In this document: positions 7,768 to 15,951 of the stretch, piece by piece | Position numbering within the stretch: the first letter of the stretch is position 1 | Layout: each line of letters opens with the position of its first letter | Assembly (NCBI GenBank): GCA_035541475.1 | Contig: DATKND010000047.1 | Location: forward strand, 508-64,507 | DNA: 64,000 nt | DNA from: Myxococcota bacterium | Lineage (GTDB): Bacteria; Myxococcota_A; UBA9160; SMWR01 | Direction: 5' to 3' | Position numbers and translations under genes: made by a program | The notes under the pieces: generated by a model | The model's input: only the letters and a program-made list of their open reading frames with translations | Told to the model about the DNA's origin: nothing | The model's database searches: none

Positions 7768-10623
7768 ATGCTGCGCGCCGCCTGTCTGCTGCTGACCGTG
7801 CTGACCGGCGCGAGCGCGCTGGTCTACGAGGTCGCGTGGCAGAAGTACCTGGCCACGCTCCTCGGCTCGCACGCCGAGGCGACCGCCGCCGTGCTCGCGA
7901 TCTTCCTCGGCGGCCTAGCCGCGGGCTACGAGCTCTTCGCGAGGCTGGCCGCGCGCGTGATGGCTCGCGGGTCGGACGCGCACGCCGCGCGCCTCCTGCG
8001 ACTCTACGGCGCGGTCGAGCTCTCGATCGGCGCCTACGCCCTGCTCTTCCCGACGCTCTTCGGCGTCGCGCAGTTCGCCTCGCTGGCGGTCCCGCGCGGC
8101 CACCCCGCGCCGGCCTTCGCCTTCGACGTCGCGCTCAGCGCGCTGCTGATCGGTCCGCCGGCCGTCGCGATGGGCGGCACGATCCCGCTGCTGACGCAGG
8201 CGCTCGCCGGCGACATCGCGCAGGCGACGCGCATCCACGCCTGGGTGTACGGCTGCAACACGCTCGGCGCGTTCGCGGGCGCGTTGCTCGGAGGACTCGC
8301 GCTCGTGCCGTGGCTCGGCCTCGACGGGACCTTGCGCGCGACCTCGCTCGTGAACCTCGTCGCGGGCCTCGGCTTCGTCCGGCTCGCGCGCCGCGCGCGC
8401 GACGTCGTGCCGCCCGCGCCGCCCGTGCCGGCGTCGACGCCCGCGCCGTCGCAGGCGCTGCCGCGCTTCACCGCCTACGCGGCCGTCGCGCTGCTCTCCG
8501 GCTTCGCGATGATGACCTTGCAGACGCTCTTCAACCGGATCGGCGCGCTCGCGCTCGGCGCGTCGCCCTTCACCTTCGCGATGGTCGTCGCGATCTTCGT
8601 GCTCTGCATCGCGCTCGGGAGCCTCGCCGTGTCGGCGCTGCCGCGCATTCCGCCGGGCCTCGTCTACGGCTCGGCGTGGCTCCTGGTCGCGCTGCTCGTG
8701 TGTCTCTATCCGCTGGTGCCGGACGCCGTCTACTGGGCGCACGCGCTGCGCGTGCTCTTCCGCTCGATCGATCAGGCCTTCTGGCCGTACCAGCTCGCGG
8801 TCTTCGTCGCCGGCTTCGCGGTGCTGGCGCTGCCGATCGGGCTCGCGGGTGCGCTGCTGCCGCTGCTCTTCCACCAGCTCCGCCGCGAGCTCGCGGATCT
8901 CGGCGCGACGGCCGGCCGCCTCTACGCCTGGAACACGCTCGGCTCGCTGCTCGGCGCGCTCGTCGGCGGCTACCTGCTGCTCGTGTGGCTCGATCTCCAC
9001 CACGTCTACCGCGTCGCGCTCGGGTGCCTGGTCGTCGCGGCGATGCTCCTCACCTTGCGCGTGCAGCACAAGCGCGCGCGCCTCTTCGACGCGCTCGCGC
9101 TCGCCGGCATGCTCGGTCTGATCGCGTGGCTCCCCGCCTGGGACGCCTCGAACCTCACCGCCGGCGCCTTCCGCCTGCACGAGCCGATGGACTGGTCGTT
9201 CGCCGGGCCGAGCGCGTTCTTCGCGAGTCGCCAGCTCGGCAAGCTCGTCTTCCACGACGACGACCCGACCAGCACGATCACCGTGCTCGAGCCCGACCAG
9301 CGCACGAACTCGCGCCCGAATCGATCGATCATCGTGAACGGCAAGTCGGACGGCAGCCTGATCGGCGACTACACGACGATGGCGATGCTCGGCCTGGTGC
9401 CGGCGCTGCTGGCCGAGCCCACGCCCGAGCGCTGCTTCGTGATCGGCTGGGGAACCGGCGTGTCGACCGGCGAGCTCGGCGCGCTCGACGAGACGCGCGA
9501 GGTCGAGGTGGCGGAGATCTCACAGGCCGTGCTCGACGCGGCGCCGCTCTTCGCGTCCGGCAATCAGGCCGCGTCGACCAACCCGAAGGTCCACGCGATC
9601 CACTCCGACGCGTACCGCGCGCTGCGCCAGAGCGGCGAGCGCTTCGACGTGATCGTGTCGGAGCCCTCCAATCCATGGGTCACCGGCGTCGAGATGCTCT
9701 ACAGCGTCGAATTCCTCGAGGCCGTGCGCGACCACCTCGCGCCCGGCGGCGTCTACGCGCAGTGGTTCCATCTCTACGAGACCGATCGAGACGTGGTCGA
9801 GCTCGTGCTGCGGACCTTCGCGCACGTCTTTCCGGACATGTCGGTCTGGTTCACACAGCACAGCGATCTGATGCTGATCGGGCGCCCGCCCGGTTCGAAG
9901 CCCTTCGATCTCGCGCGGCTCGAGGCCCGCCTGGCACGCCCGGACTTCCAGCGCGGCTTCGAGCGCATCGGCATCGACCGCCTCGGCGCGCTGCTCGCGC
10001 ACGAGCTGATCCCGAGCGGTGTCGTCGCGGCGTCGGGTCTCGGAGGCGAGCTCCACACCTTGCGGCGCCCGCTGCTCTCCGAGCGCGCGGCGCGCGCGTT
10101 CTTCCTCGGCGAAACCGCGAGGCTCCCGAAGTACGCGTTCCCCGAGAGCGCGCGCGTCGGCGCCGAGAGCTCGCTCGTGCGCCGCTACCTCGCCCTGCAC
10201 GGAAATCCGGAGTCGCTGCTCGACGACGTGACGCGCGAGACCTGCGGGTTCGAGCGGCGCGGGGAGTGCGCGGCGCTCTTCGCCGCCTGGCGGCGCGAGC
10301 ACCCGGGTTCCCCGCTCCTGGCCACCGCGCTCGCCGACTTCCGCCAGGTCTACACGGGTGACGGCGTGCTCTTCGATCCGAATCTCGATCGCATCGGCGC
10401 GCTCTTCGACGGCACGCAGCCCCCGCCCGCGGCCGGCCCCGACGAGCGCCCGCTCGCGCGCGCGCGGCGCGTCTCGAGCGACTACGTCCTCTACTACCAC
10501 CACGCGGTGCCGTTCGATCGCCGCGCGCTCACGCAGGTCTGGCAGCTCTGCACGAATCCCGCGTGCAACGAGCCGCGGCGCGAGGTGGAGGCGGAGCTCG
10601 GCGCGCTCGGGCCGGAGAGCTGA
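7768..10623 (+). CDS. Fused membrane (MFS-like) / spermidine synthase-like protein
   Basis: GASALVYEVAWQKYL N-terminus, about 13 TM helices, then a SAM/dcSAM fold (VIGWGTGVS, EVAEIS, DAYRAL, FDVIVSEPSNPWVTG). Confidence 0.88.
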   Translation: MLRAACLLLTVLTGASALVYEVAWQKYLATLLGSHAEATAAVLAIFLGGLAAGYELFARLAARVMARGSDAHAARLLRLYGAVELSIGAYALLFPTLFGVAQFASLAVPRGHPAPAFAFDVALSALLIGPPAVAMGGTIPLLTQALAGDIAQATRIHAWVYGCNTLGAFAGALLGGLALVPWLGLDGTLRATSLVNLVAGLGFVRLARRARDVVPPAPPVPASTPAPSQALPRFTAYAAVALLSGFAMMTLQTLFNRIGALALGASPFTFAMVVAIFVLCIALGSLAVSALPRIPPGLVYGSAWLLVALLVCLYPLVPDAVYWAHALRVLFRSIDQAFWPYQLAVFVAGFAVLALPIGLAGALLPLLFHQLRRELADLGATAGRLYAWNTLGSLLGALVGGYLLLVWLDLHHVYRVALGCLVVAAMLLTLRVQHKRARLFDALALAGMLGLIAWLPAWDASNLTAGAFRLHEPMDWSFAGPSAFFASRQLGKLVFHDDDPTSTITVLEPDQRTNSRPNRSIIVNGKSDGSLIGDYTTMAMLGLVPALLAEPTPERCFVIGWGTGVSTGELGALDETREVEVAEISQAVLDAAPLFASGNQAASTNPKVHAIHSDAYRALRQSGERFDVIVSEPSNPWVTGVEMLYSVEFLEAVRDHLAPGGVYAQWFHLYETDRDVVELVLRTFAHVFPDMSVWFTQHSDLMLIGRPPGSKPFDLARLEARLARPDFQRGFERIGIDRLGALLAHELIPSGVVAASGLGGELHTLRRPLLSERAARAFFLGETARLPKYAFPESARVGAESSLVRRYLALHGNPESLLDDVTRETCGFERRGECAALFAAWRREHPGSPLLATALADFRQVYTGDGVLFDPNLDRIGALFDGTQPPPAAGPDERPLARARRVSSDYVLYYHHAVPFDRRALTQVWQLCTNPACNEPRREVEAELGALGPES

Positions 10624-10632
10624 GCTCCGAAA

Positions 10633-10950
10633 TTAGAAGTCGCCGAGCGCTCGCGTGAAGGTGAAGTCGACCGGCGTCACCACGAAGGTGTCCCAGGTCT
10701 GACGCACGCCCGGTCCGAACACGGCGAGCGGCGCTGCGATGGGGAAGGCGGCGATGCCGACGATCGTCGCGCAGAAGCCGAGCGGCCGCAGCACCATCGC
10801 GTCGAAGACCTTCGGCCCTGTGATCGGCCAGTCGACGCCCTCGGTCTTCGGCACGTACTCGACCGGCGGCGCCTCGGGCTCGGGCGCGGCCGCGCCGATC
10901 ACGGCGAGGGCGAGGAGCGCGACACAGACGCGAATACGGCTCGCTCGCAT
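10633..10950 (-). CDS. Small secreted/membrane protein (D..VLRPLG...P..FTF.R.LG family)
   Basis: Start trimmed to ATG 10950. Signal peptide plus DAMVLRPLGF...VVTPVDFTFTRALGDF, a recognisable small-protein pattern. Confidence 0.65.
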   Translation of the reverse strand: MRASRIRVCVALLALAVIGAAAPEPEAPPVEYVPKTEGVDWPITGPKVFDAMVLRPLGFCATIVGIAAFPIAAPLAVFGPGVRQTWDTFVVTPVDFTFTRALGDF

Positions 10951-10952
10951 GG

Positions 10953-11402
10953 TCAGCGCATCCCTCCATCCAGGTTGATTTGCGCCCGAATTCTCACCAG
11001 GTTCCGCAGGGGAACAAAGGCCATCACTCCGAATGTACCGAGCGACAAGAGTCCGAGACCTGCTCTCCCGTTCATGAAGCTGGCGACGCAGAACCAATAC
11101 GGAATCGAACAGAGGGTGTACCCCATCGCGAAAGGCAAGACCTCACGACGCCGGGATTCTAGTGACCGCGCTGTCGAGGTTGCGCCGAATCTCCCCGATC
11201 TGCTGGCTGCGAGAGCGAACGCGCCAATCACCGGCAGAAGGAAACCGAGCGGAATCATCGCGAACTCGAATGCTCGGGTGGGAGAACCTGTGGATGCGAG
11301 ACAGACGAGAAACACCACCCCGGCTCCTACGAGGGCACCGCTACCTGCAAATACGCAGGCTGCAACTCCACGAGACACGGATCCTGTCCGTTTCGACACC
11401 AT
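10953..11402 (-). CDS. Hypothetical 4-TM membrane protein, lower GC
   Basis: 3' part of track ORF 10953..12893. ATG at 11402 (MVSKRTG...), four hydrophobic segments, fills the gap between neighbouring genes. 58% GC counted over 10981-11040. Confidence 0.5.
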   Translation of the reverse strand: MVSKRTGSVSRGVAACVFAGSGALVGAGVVFLVCLASTGSPTRAFEFAMIPLGFLLPVIGAFALAASRSGRFGATSTARSLESRRREVLPFAMGYTLCSIPYWFCVASFMNGRAGLGLLSLGTFGVMAFVPLRNLVRIRAQINLDGGMR

Positions 11403-11404
11403 CT

Positions 11405-12958
11405 TCACCGCGCCGCGCGCTCGCGCGAGCGCAGCGCCTGACCGGGGAATGCGCCCTTCACCAGCTCGCCGTTCCGGACTACCGGCACGCCGCCGACGAT
11501 CACGTAGGGAATGCCGGCCGACGCTACCGGTGAGTGCTCGTAGGTCGCGCGGTCGATCACGGTGGCCGGATCGAAGACCACGAGGTCGGCGTCGTCGCCG
11601 AGCCGGATGCGGCCCTTGTGCAGGAAGGCCGGCGCCGTGAACTCGAGCCGGCGCGCCGGCAGCCAGGTCATGCGCGCGAGCGCGTCCATCAAGGTGAGGA
11701 CGCCGCGCTCGCGCACGTAGACGCCGAGCACGCGCGCGTGCGTGCCGACGCTGCGCGGGTGCTCGCCGCCCTCGTAGAGAGGCATCGCGTCGGCGGCGAC
11801 GAGCACACCGGGGTGTCGCAGCGCCTCCTCGACCCACGCCTCCTGCATCCCGTGGATCACGACCGTGCCGCCCTTCTTGCGATAGCGCGCGAAGCTCTTC
11901 TGATCGAGGCGCTCGCCCGTCGCGACCCACTGGAGATCGCCGTAGTCGAGGCCCATGCGCTCGCGCCAGCCGTCGTCGAAGAGCGCGGACTCGATCGAGG
12001 TCGACGACGCCGTGTAGGGATAGACCTCGGTCGTGACGAGGAGCCCGCCGGCGCGCGCGGCGTCGATCGCGGCGAGCGCGCGCGGGGTCGCGGCGCGCGT
12101 CGAGCTGACGATGTGGACCACGTGCAGCGAAGCGCCGGTCGCGCGCGCGTGGTCGAGCGCGGTCTCGAGTGGCGAGAGATCCTCGGGCGTCTGCTGCTCT
12201 GCGAGGTGCACGAAGACCGGCACGCTGCGATCGGCGGCGAGGGCGAAGACCGCGCGCACCTCGTCCGGCGTCGCGCCCGGCGTGTAGGCGAGCCCCATGC
12301 CGATGCCGATCCCGCCCGCGTCCATCTCCTCGCCGAGGAGACGCACGAGCGTGCGGATGCCGGCGGGATCGGCCGGCTCGTAGGCCCAGCCGGTCGGGTT
12401 CCACAGGTGGCGCAACATCCCCATGAACCAGCCGGGCCGGTCGATCGGGTGACCGCCCGAGATCCCGTGCATCACCTTCACCCGCGTCGGGATGTGTCCG
12501 GCCGACACGCCGAAGTGGATCCGCGCGTGACCCTCGCGCTCGCGCAGGAAGTCCTTCACCCCGTGCACGCCGAGCTCGAGGTCGAGCGCGGAGGTGACGC
12601 CGTCGCGCGCGAGGTAGTCGTAGGAGAGCTCGTTCTGCCCGTGCGCGTGGATGTCGATGAAGCCCGGCGCCACCGCGAGGCCGGTCGCGTCGATCGTCTG
12701 TTTGCCCTCGAGCGGCTGTGACGAGAGCACCGCGATGTGGCCCGCGCGGATGCCGAGGTTCAGCACCTGGTCCATGCCGCTCGCGGGGTCGAGCACGCGG
12801 CCGTTCGCGACGACGAGGTCGTAGACCTCCTCGGCGGCCGGCGTTGCGGGCGGCGGCTTCGGGATCTCGACCGCGCGCGCCGACACCGCGCACAGCGCGG
12901 CGAGCGCGACGCCGAGCAGGGCCGGCACGCGCCCGCGCGCCCGCTCAGGCGATCGCAT
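11405..12958 (-). CDS. Secreted amidohydrolase (N-acyl-D-amino-acid / D-glutamate deacylase-like)
   Basis: Signal peptide, DLVVANGRVLDP, PGFIDIHAH metal motif, EHPRSVGTHARVLG, KGRIRLGDDADLVVFDP. Confidence 0.88.
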   Translation of the reverse strand: MRSPERARGRVPALLGVALAALCAVSARAVEIPKPPPATPAAEEVYDLVVANGRVLDPASGMDQVLNLGIRAGHIAVLSSQPLEGKQTIDATGLAVAPGFIDIHAHGQNELSYDYLARDGVTSALDLELGVHGVKDFLREREGHARIHFGVSAGHIPTRVKVMHGISGGHPIDRPGWFMGMLRHLWNPTGWAYEPADPAGIRTLVRLLGEEMDAGGIGIGMGLAYTPGATPDEVRAVFALAADRSVPVFVHLAEQQTPEDLSPLETALDHARATGASLHVVHIVSSTRAATPRALAAIDAARAGGLLVTTEVYPYTASSTSIESALFDDGWRERMGLDYGDLQWVATGERLDQKSFARYRKKGGTVVIHGMQEAWVEEALRHPGVLVAADAMPLYEGGEHPRSVGTHARVLGVYVRERGVLTLMDALARMTWLPARRLEFTAPAFLHKGRIRLGDDADLVVFDPATVIDRATYEHSPVASAGIPYVIVGGVPVVRNGELVKGAFPGQALRSRERAAR

Positions 12959-14003
12959 CGACGAGTCCCCACTCCTTCGCGGTGCGCGCGTCGACACGCG
13001 CGCCTGTCAGGGCCATCCACGCGGTGCGCTGGCGGCCGATGCGGCGTGGCAGGCTGACCGTCCCGCCCGCGCCGGGCACGAGGCCCATCGAGAGCTCCGG
13101 CAGCCAGAAGCGCGCGTCCGGCGCCGCGACCATTTGCTTCGCAAACGCCGGCAGCTCGACTCCCGCGCCGACGCAGGCGCCGTGCACGCGCGCCGCGACG
13201 CGCGCGGCGCAGGCGGCGAGCAGGCGCGCGGGGCTGCGCGTCGTGCGGATCGCGTGCGCGGTCGCCGGATCCGGCAGCGAGCCGAACTCGTCGAGGTCGC
13301 CGCCGCTGCAGAAGTCGGGGCCGTCGCCGGAGAGCGTCACCTCGCGGATCGACGCGTCCGCGACCGCGACCTCGAGTGCCTCGCAGAGCGCGTCGCGCAT
13401 CGCGGCGGAGAAGGCGTTGCGCTTCGCGGGGCGCGCGAGCACGAGATCCAGGCGGTCGCCGTGCCGCGCGATCCGCACCGCCGGATCGGTCTCGGGAGGC
13501 CGCAGCCTCGGCGCGCCGCGGAGCGAGAGCCAGGCCGCGAAGCCCGGGCCCGCCTGCAAGGTCGAATAGGTGAGCGACTCCGCGACGAGGCCGTCCGCCA
13601 CGGGCCGGCCTTCCGAGAGGCGCAGCAGCTGCACGAGCGCCGCCGCGGCGATCGGCTGCCGCGCGACGGCGCGCGCGACCTCCGCGCAGGCCTCTGCCGA
13701 CTCGACCACGACGTCGAGCCGCTTCGCGAGCGCGGCGCGGCCGAGATCGAGCTCATCGGGCTCCGCCGCGATGCCGACACTGGGGCATGGCAGCGAGGCC
13801 AACGCGTGCTGCGCGGCCTCGCGCCGCGAAGGCGACACCGATTCCGGTCCCGCGCCCCCCACGAGATCGATCGCGAGGAGCGGCTCGTCGCCGTGCGGTC
13901 CGAAGCGCTCGCCGGATCGCGGATCGGCGAGCCGCTCGAGCGCCTCGGCCGGCGCGTGGAGCTTCAGCGCGAGTCCCGTCCGCTCTTCGCCTCGGCCAGC
14001 CAC
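12945..14003 (-). CDS. Enoyl-CoA hydratase/isomerase family protein with N-terminal extension
   Basis: 3' half of track ORF; GTG start at 14003. RPAKRNAF, FCSGGDLDEF, VHGACVGAGVEL and LPELSMGLVPGAGGT, with both catalytic Glu positions present. Confidence 0.85.
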   Translation of the reverse strand: MAGRGEERTGLALKLHAPAEALERLADPRSGERFGPHGDEPLLAIDLVGGAGPESVSPSRREAAQHALASLPCPSVGIAAEPDELDLGRAALAKRLDVVVESAEACAEVARAVARQPIAAAALVQLLRLSEGRPVADGLVAESLTYSTLQAGPGFAAWLSLRGAPRLRPPETDPAVRIARHGDRLDLVLARPAKRNAFSAAMRDALCEALEVAVADASIREVTLSGDGPDFCSGGDLDEFGSLPDPATAHAIRTTRSPARLLAACAARVAARVHGACVGAGVELPAFAKQMVAAPDARFWLPELSMGLVPGAGGTVSLPRRIGRQRTAWMALTGARVDARTAKEWGLVDAIA

Positions 14004-15484
14004 GCCCGTACCTCGCGGCGCAGCAGCTTCCCGGTCTCGTTGTAGGGAAGCTCCTCGCGGAACTCGATGCGGGCCGGCGCCCGCGACGAGCGCAGCTCGC
14101 GCGCGACGAACTCGCGCAGCGTCTCGGGCGTCGCCTCGACGCCCGGCTTGCGCACCACGACCGCCGCGACCGCCTCGCCCCACTCCTCGTCGGGCACCCC
14201 CACGACGGCGCAGTCCGCCACCGCGGGGTGTCCGAGCAGCACGTCCTCGATTTCGCCGGGCGACATGTTCTCGCCGCCGCGCACGATGATGTCGTCGATG
14301 CGGCCCTCGAGGAAGACGTAGCCCTCGGCGTCGAGGCTGCCGGCGTCGCGCGTCGGGAAGAAGCCGTCGCTGCCGACGCGGCTCGTCTTGCCGAGGTATT
14401 CGCCCGAGACCTGCTCGCCGCGCACGCAGATTTCGCCCGACACGCCCGGCGGACATGCGCGCCCCTCTTCGTCGCGCACCTCGATCTCGACCGAGGGCAG
14501 CGGGCGGCCGACCGAGGCGAGGCGCCGGCGCACGGCCGGATCGTCGCTCGCGGCGGCGGCGCGGTGGTCCTCGGGAGTCAGCACCGTCAAGGTCGAGCTC
14601 GTCTCGGTGAGCCCGTAGGCGTTCGTGAAGTCGCTCTCGGGAAAGAGGCGCATCGCGCGCTCGATCACCGCGAGCGGCATCTTGCCGCCTCCATAGGAGA
14701 GCGAGCGGATGCCCGGCGCGCGCGCGCGCGGCTCGCGCTCCAGCACCTCGACGATGCGCGCGAGCATGGTCGGCACCACGAACGCATGCGACACCCGTTC
14801 GCGTCGCGCGAGGTCGAGCCAGGCCTCGGCGGAGAAGCTCGGGAGCTGCACGATGCGGCGGCCCGAGTAGATCGAGCTCGCGAGCACGGCCATGCCGGCC
14901 ACGTGATACGGCGGCACGCTGACGAGCGCCGCGTCCTCCTCGGAGGCCGCGCCGAACTCGACCGAGCCGAGGATGTAGGAGACGAGGTGCCGGTGGCGCA
15001 GCACCGCGGCCTTCGGCGGTCCGGTCGTGCCGCTCGTGAAGAGCAGGACGGCGATGTCGTCGCCCTCCATCGACCACTCGGCGCTGCGCGCGCTGCCGCC
15101 GCGCGCCTGTGCGACGAAGTCCTCACGCGCGACGGCAACCACGCCGGCGCGCTCACGGAGCGCGCGCGCGCGCGCCGCGTCGGTCACGAGGTACGCCGGC
15201 TCGATCTGCGCGAGCAGCCGCTCGAGCTCCGCGCCGGTGAGGCGGTAGTTCAGCGGCACGAATGGCACGCCGGCCCAGGCCGCGCCGAAGAGTCCGATCG
15301 GCAGCGCCAGGCTGCTGACGTCGAGGATCGCGGCGTGCTTCGCGCCGCTCGCGGCGATCGCGTCCGCCGCGGCGCCGGCCGCGCGGAGGAGATCCGCGTA
15401 GGCCAGGCGCTCGCCCTCGTTGACGACGGCCACCCGATCGCCGAAGCCCGAGGCGGCCATCTCGAGGAGCATCATCAGGTTCAT
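13964..15484 (-). CDS. Acyl-CoA synthetase (class I adenylate-forming enzyme)
   Basis: LFTSGTTGPPK, YGLTET, TRDAG, GRIDDIIVRGGEN and P10 motif NETGKLLRR. Confidence 0.93.
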   Translation of the reverse strand: MNLMMLLEMAASGFGDRVAVVNEGERLAYADLLRAAGAAADAIAASGAKHAAILDVSSLALPIGLFGAAWAGVPFVPLNYRLTGAELERLLAQIEPAYLVTDAARARALRERAGVVAVAREDFVAQARGGSARSAEWSMEGDDIAVLLFTSGTTGPPKAAVLRHRHLVSYILGSVEFGAASEEDAALVSVPPYHVAGMAVLASSIYSGRRIVQLPSFSAEAWLDLARRERVSHAFVVPTMLARIVEVLEREPRARAPGIRSLSYGGGKMPLAVIERAMRLFPESDFTNAYGLTETSSTLTVLTPEDHRAAAASDDPAVRRRLASVGRPLPSVEIEVRDEEGRACPPGVSGEICVRGEQVSGEYLGKTSRVGSDGFFPTRDAGSLDAEGYVFLEGRIDDIIVRGGENMSPGEIEDVLLGHPAVADCAVVGVPDEEWGEAVAAVVVRKPGVEATPETLREFVARELRSSRAPARIEFREELPYNETGKLLRREVRAWLAEAKSGRDSR

Positions 15485-15533
15485 CGCGGCTCGCCTATCT
15501 GGTTGCTCGCGCCCACCGGGTCGATCCTCTGAA

Positions 15534-15560
15534 CTTCGCTCGCCTGCGGCTCGCTGCGCG
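15534..15560 (+). repeat. REP-like intergenic element, copy 1
   Basis: CTTCGCTCGCCTGCGGCTCGCTGCGCG; a second copy at 59882-59908 shows compensatory changes in the central hairpin. Confidence 0.5.
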
Positions 15561-15579
15561 CCGCGCTCCGCGCGGCTTG

Positions 15580-15888
15580 CTAGTCCGACGCGGGAAGCGG
15601 CTTGGCTTCCTTGAGGACCAGCAGCGTGTCGCCGATGGCGAGCGAGCCCTTGCCGGGCTTGGTGCAGAGGAGCTCGAGCTTCCCTTCCGCGTTCACGTAG
15701 CGCTTGCCGATCTGCGTGCCGGCCGAAGCGGAGGCCGCAACGCTACCGCCCGCCGGAGCCTGCTCGCCGATCGGGAGCATCGGCGCGCCGCCGCAGCGCA
15801 CGTCGAGGTCGGCGTCGGGCGTCTGGATGACCATCACCTCGGTGGTGCAGACGGCGCTCTTCACGCGGCTGCCTGCCTTGAGCTTCAT
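15580..15888 (-). CDS. Conserved-looking 102-aa protein with two desulforedoxin-like halves and a KPLPASD tail
   Basis: ATG 15888 preceded by AGGAGG. Sequence MKLKAGSRVKSAVCTTEVMVIQ...RCGGAPM...GKRYVNAEGKLELLCTKPGKGSL...KEAKPLPASD. Confidence 0.8.
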   Translation of the reverse strand: MKLKAGSRVKSAVCTTEVMVIQTPDADLDVRCGGAPMLPIGEQAPAGGSVAASASAGTQIGKRYVNAEGKLELLCTKPGKGSLAIGDTLLVLKEAKPLPASD

Positions 15889-15951
15889 GCCTCGGGTCCT
15901 CCTGCGGGGCCGCATCGTAACCCACGGAACCGGCTGCGGTACTGTCGCTCG

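Noticed and set aside
12945-15077. 710-aa ORF as a ligase-crotonase fusion
   Set aside because: The upstream part is an off-frame read of the acyl-CoA ligase; only 12945-14003 is crotonase.
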